From positions 1-10,409 of the forward strand of contig NW_002061114.1 in NCBI RefSeq assembly GCF_000150275.1: DNA of 10,409 nt, read 5' to 3'. This document shows, one piece after another, positions 8,290 to 10,409 of the stretch. Position numbers and translations under genes: made by a program. How positions within the stretch are numbered: the stretch's first letter is position 1; every line of letters begins with the position of its first letter. Under the pieces are notes generated by a model. That model worked only from the letters and a program-made list of their open reading frames with translations. It searched no databases and was not told where the DNA came from. This DNA is from Trichoplax adhaerens (lineage: Eukaryota; Animalia; Placozoa).

Positions 8290-10409
8290 AGCGTGATCTT
8301 TTTCGTTCAAGATTATTAATTAAGTATTGTAAATGCTTAAATGCTTTAATATAGATCAAATCATATAAAAAATAATTCAAACAATAGTGTATTAGTTAAA
8401 GATTTCGAATCCGCAGTTAAATTTCTGTTGAAGTTATTCAGCTTTATATTCGTATAATAATAATTTTTATTACATTTTGATTCACTCTCGTGATTTTAGG
8501 GCACCTTAAAGTAATCTAATTCGAACTGGTTCACACTCAGTACAACGTCCAAACTAGTCCTAATGGATTGAAACGGCCTGCTATCGCACGATAGGCGTTT
8601 TCACTTCCATGGCTAAGTAAGATTCTGCCCTGAAGTGCGATAGCAAGTTTCTCACCAAAATCGAGCATGATGTTAGGATGATGTTAGACTGCGGTATTGC
8701 GATTATAAGAGATAGAACTGTACGGTACAGTCATCATGGCCTACAGTACGGTAGTCAAGAGGGATAGTATCGCCATAATGCGCTTCGTCTTGATCATCCA
8801 TTCTTGATAAAGTATTTAATCGTTGTGTTGGTTTGATCGCCTCTACTGAAACACCTGTAATAGATCTTCAACAACCTCCTCCATCGACGGAGGCATCTTG
8901 TCACACACCGCCAGTGACAAAGTTAGTCTACACATGCCAAGGCTAACCAAAAACGCCTCTTACTGACTTCAAGAGACGAGATTAGCTATATGATTGTCAG
9001 GTCTAGCTATATCATCCGAAATAGATCACTTGCAACGACCGCATACTAAAGTATAGTTAGAGCGACACTGATTGTTTAGACGAGGTAGTCCGAGAATGGA
9101 CTACTATTTATTACTGAAGAAATCTTGACAATTTAATAACTACATTATCATATTAATCAAAGACTGAACAGATGATAGCAAGAAATGATCGTGAATAAAA
9201 CGTCAACCCACACAAACAATATTGAATATTACTCAATAATTTTGCAACCAGCTTACGCATCGTAACACATCTACAGACAGACCTATTGGGGGTGAGGATC
9301 GATATGTCTGCGCTCGCAAGCCCGATGGATTCAATACATAATAACAATCGCACTGATACAAGTTGATTAGCGTTATTGCACGATAAGGTGTTACATTTGA
9401 AGACTAGGATTGTAGCCTATCTCTTTCGCATCTTATGCATAGTATAGTCTTTTCATATTGAAGATCAATTAGAAGGGGAGTTCGATTGCGTACAACGAGA
9501 ACGAAGAGTGGACGCAAACGTATCCCAACAACAGTTATTCTACTTGGGCAAGCGGAAATGATTCGTTTGAATTTTTAGCGTTGGATGGTGCTTATGCAAT
9601 GTCCATCATGCTTAAACCATCCATACTGGATCACTCGTTTCTACAGAGTGATAATGCATTAAAATATTGAATAGAATGGATGCAATATTTAGTATTCAAC
9701 TAGCCAACGGTTTGGCTGCTACGCTGCATGATAAGATTGGATATTGCACTTAATTCTCTATTGATTGAAGTACGGTTGTCTACTGTAAGGTGCATTCAGT
9801 GGGAGTTGCTTGGATGAAACCTGTAGTTTAATTATATACTGTAAAAAAAAAATTCATAAATACCGTTCAGGAAGGCAACTATCTTTAAAGGGATAAATCC
9901 AGGATTAAGTTAGAGAGTAAGATGTTTTGCTTTAGTCTAATGTCCATCGAGTAGCCTCACAATTAGCCAGTGTAGGAGATAGAGGAATATTCTATCTGGT
10001 AGGAGTGCTATATCCTGCGTCGAGTCCTACGGTGCTATAGCAAAGAATGCATGCCCGCTATAGTACAAGGATAATCGGCATAAAATAGGTCAAAGTTTGC
10101 ATACGAAATGCTTGTGAAACTTTTTGAAAATTTCAACTAGCTATCGATACTATTTTGGTTCTCATCTCGTTGAGTCAAAGAATAGAATGAGTCGTGACCT
10201 ATTTCATTGAATACAGGATCATAAAATAGTCATTATTTTCTCATTATGACTCCTTAAATTTATTAACTAATATCGATGTTTTATTTCATTTTTATAGAGT
10301 CTTAAATTAATGAGCGATGGATTAATTAATTAATTTGAATAGGGATAGCACTGGCGTTGCTATAATCAGCAAATATGGCTCTTTAGAAAGTGAGTGGGTG
10401 ATAGATACA

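Noticed and set aside
8047-8310. 87-aa ORF rich in TVQYC/TVQYS
   Set aside because: Translation of the TACAG/CTGTA repeat.

Overview
AT-rich eukaryotic genomic DNA with GT-AG spliceosomal introns; probably an invertebrate or early-branching animal (inference only). Two convergent genes can be supported. (1) A + strand CDS without internal introns (3107-4462, 451 aa) for a multi-pass membrane protein with XK/Xkr-like motifs. (2) A three-exon minus-strand gene missed by the ORF track, encoding cytosolic 40S ribosomal protein S29/uS14 (exons 7719-7658, 6755-6656, 6569-6561; 56 aa). The main finding is that this otherwise intact RPS29 has lost three of its four zinc-ligand cysteines (C24T, C39Q, C42W). 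It reads CRVTG, like zinc-free bacterial and organellar uS14, which suggests a zinc-independent eukaryotic uS14. Also present: a structured H/ACA-like candidate in RPS29 intron 1, a TCT/5'TOP start, a foldback-like TACAG/CTGTA element upstream, a 3x76-bp and a 2x46-bp tandem repeat, and weakly supported orphan exons at both ends.
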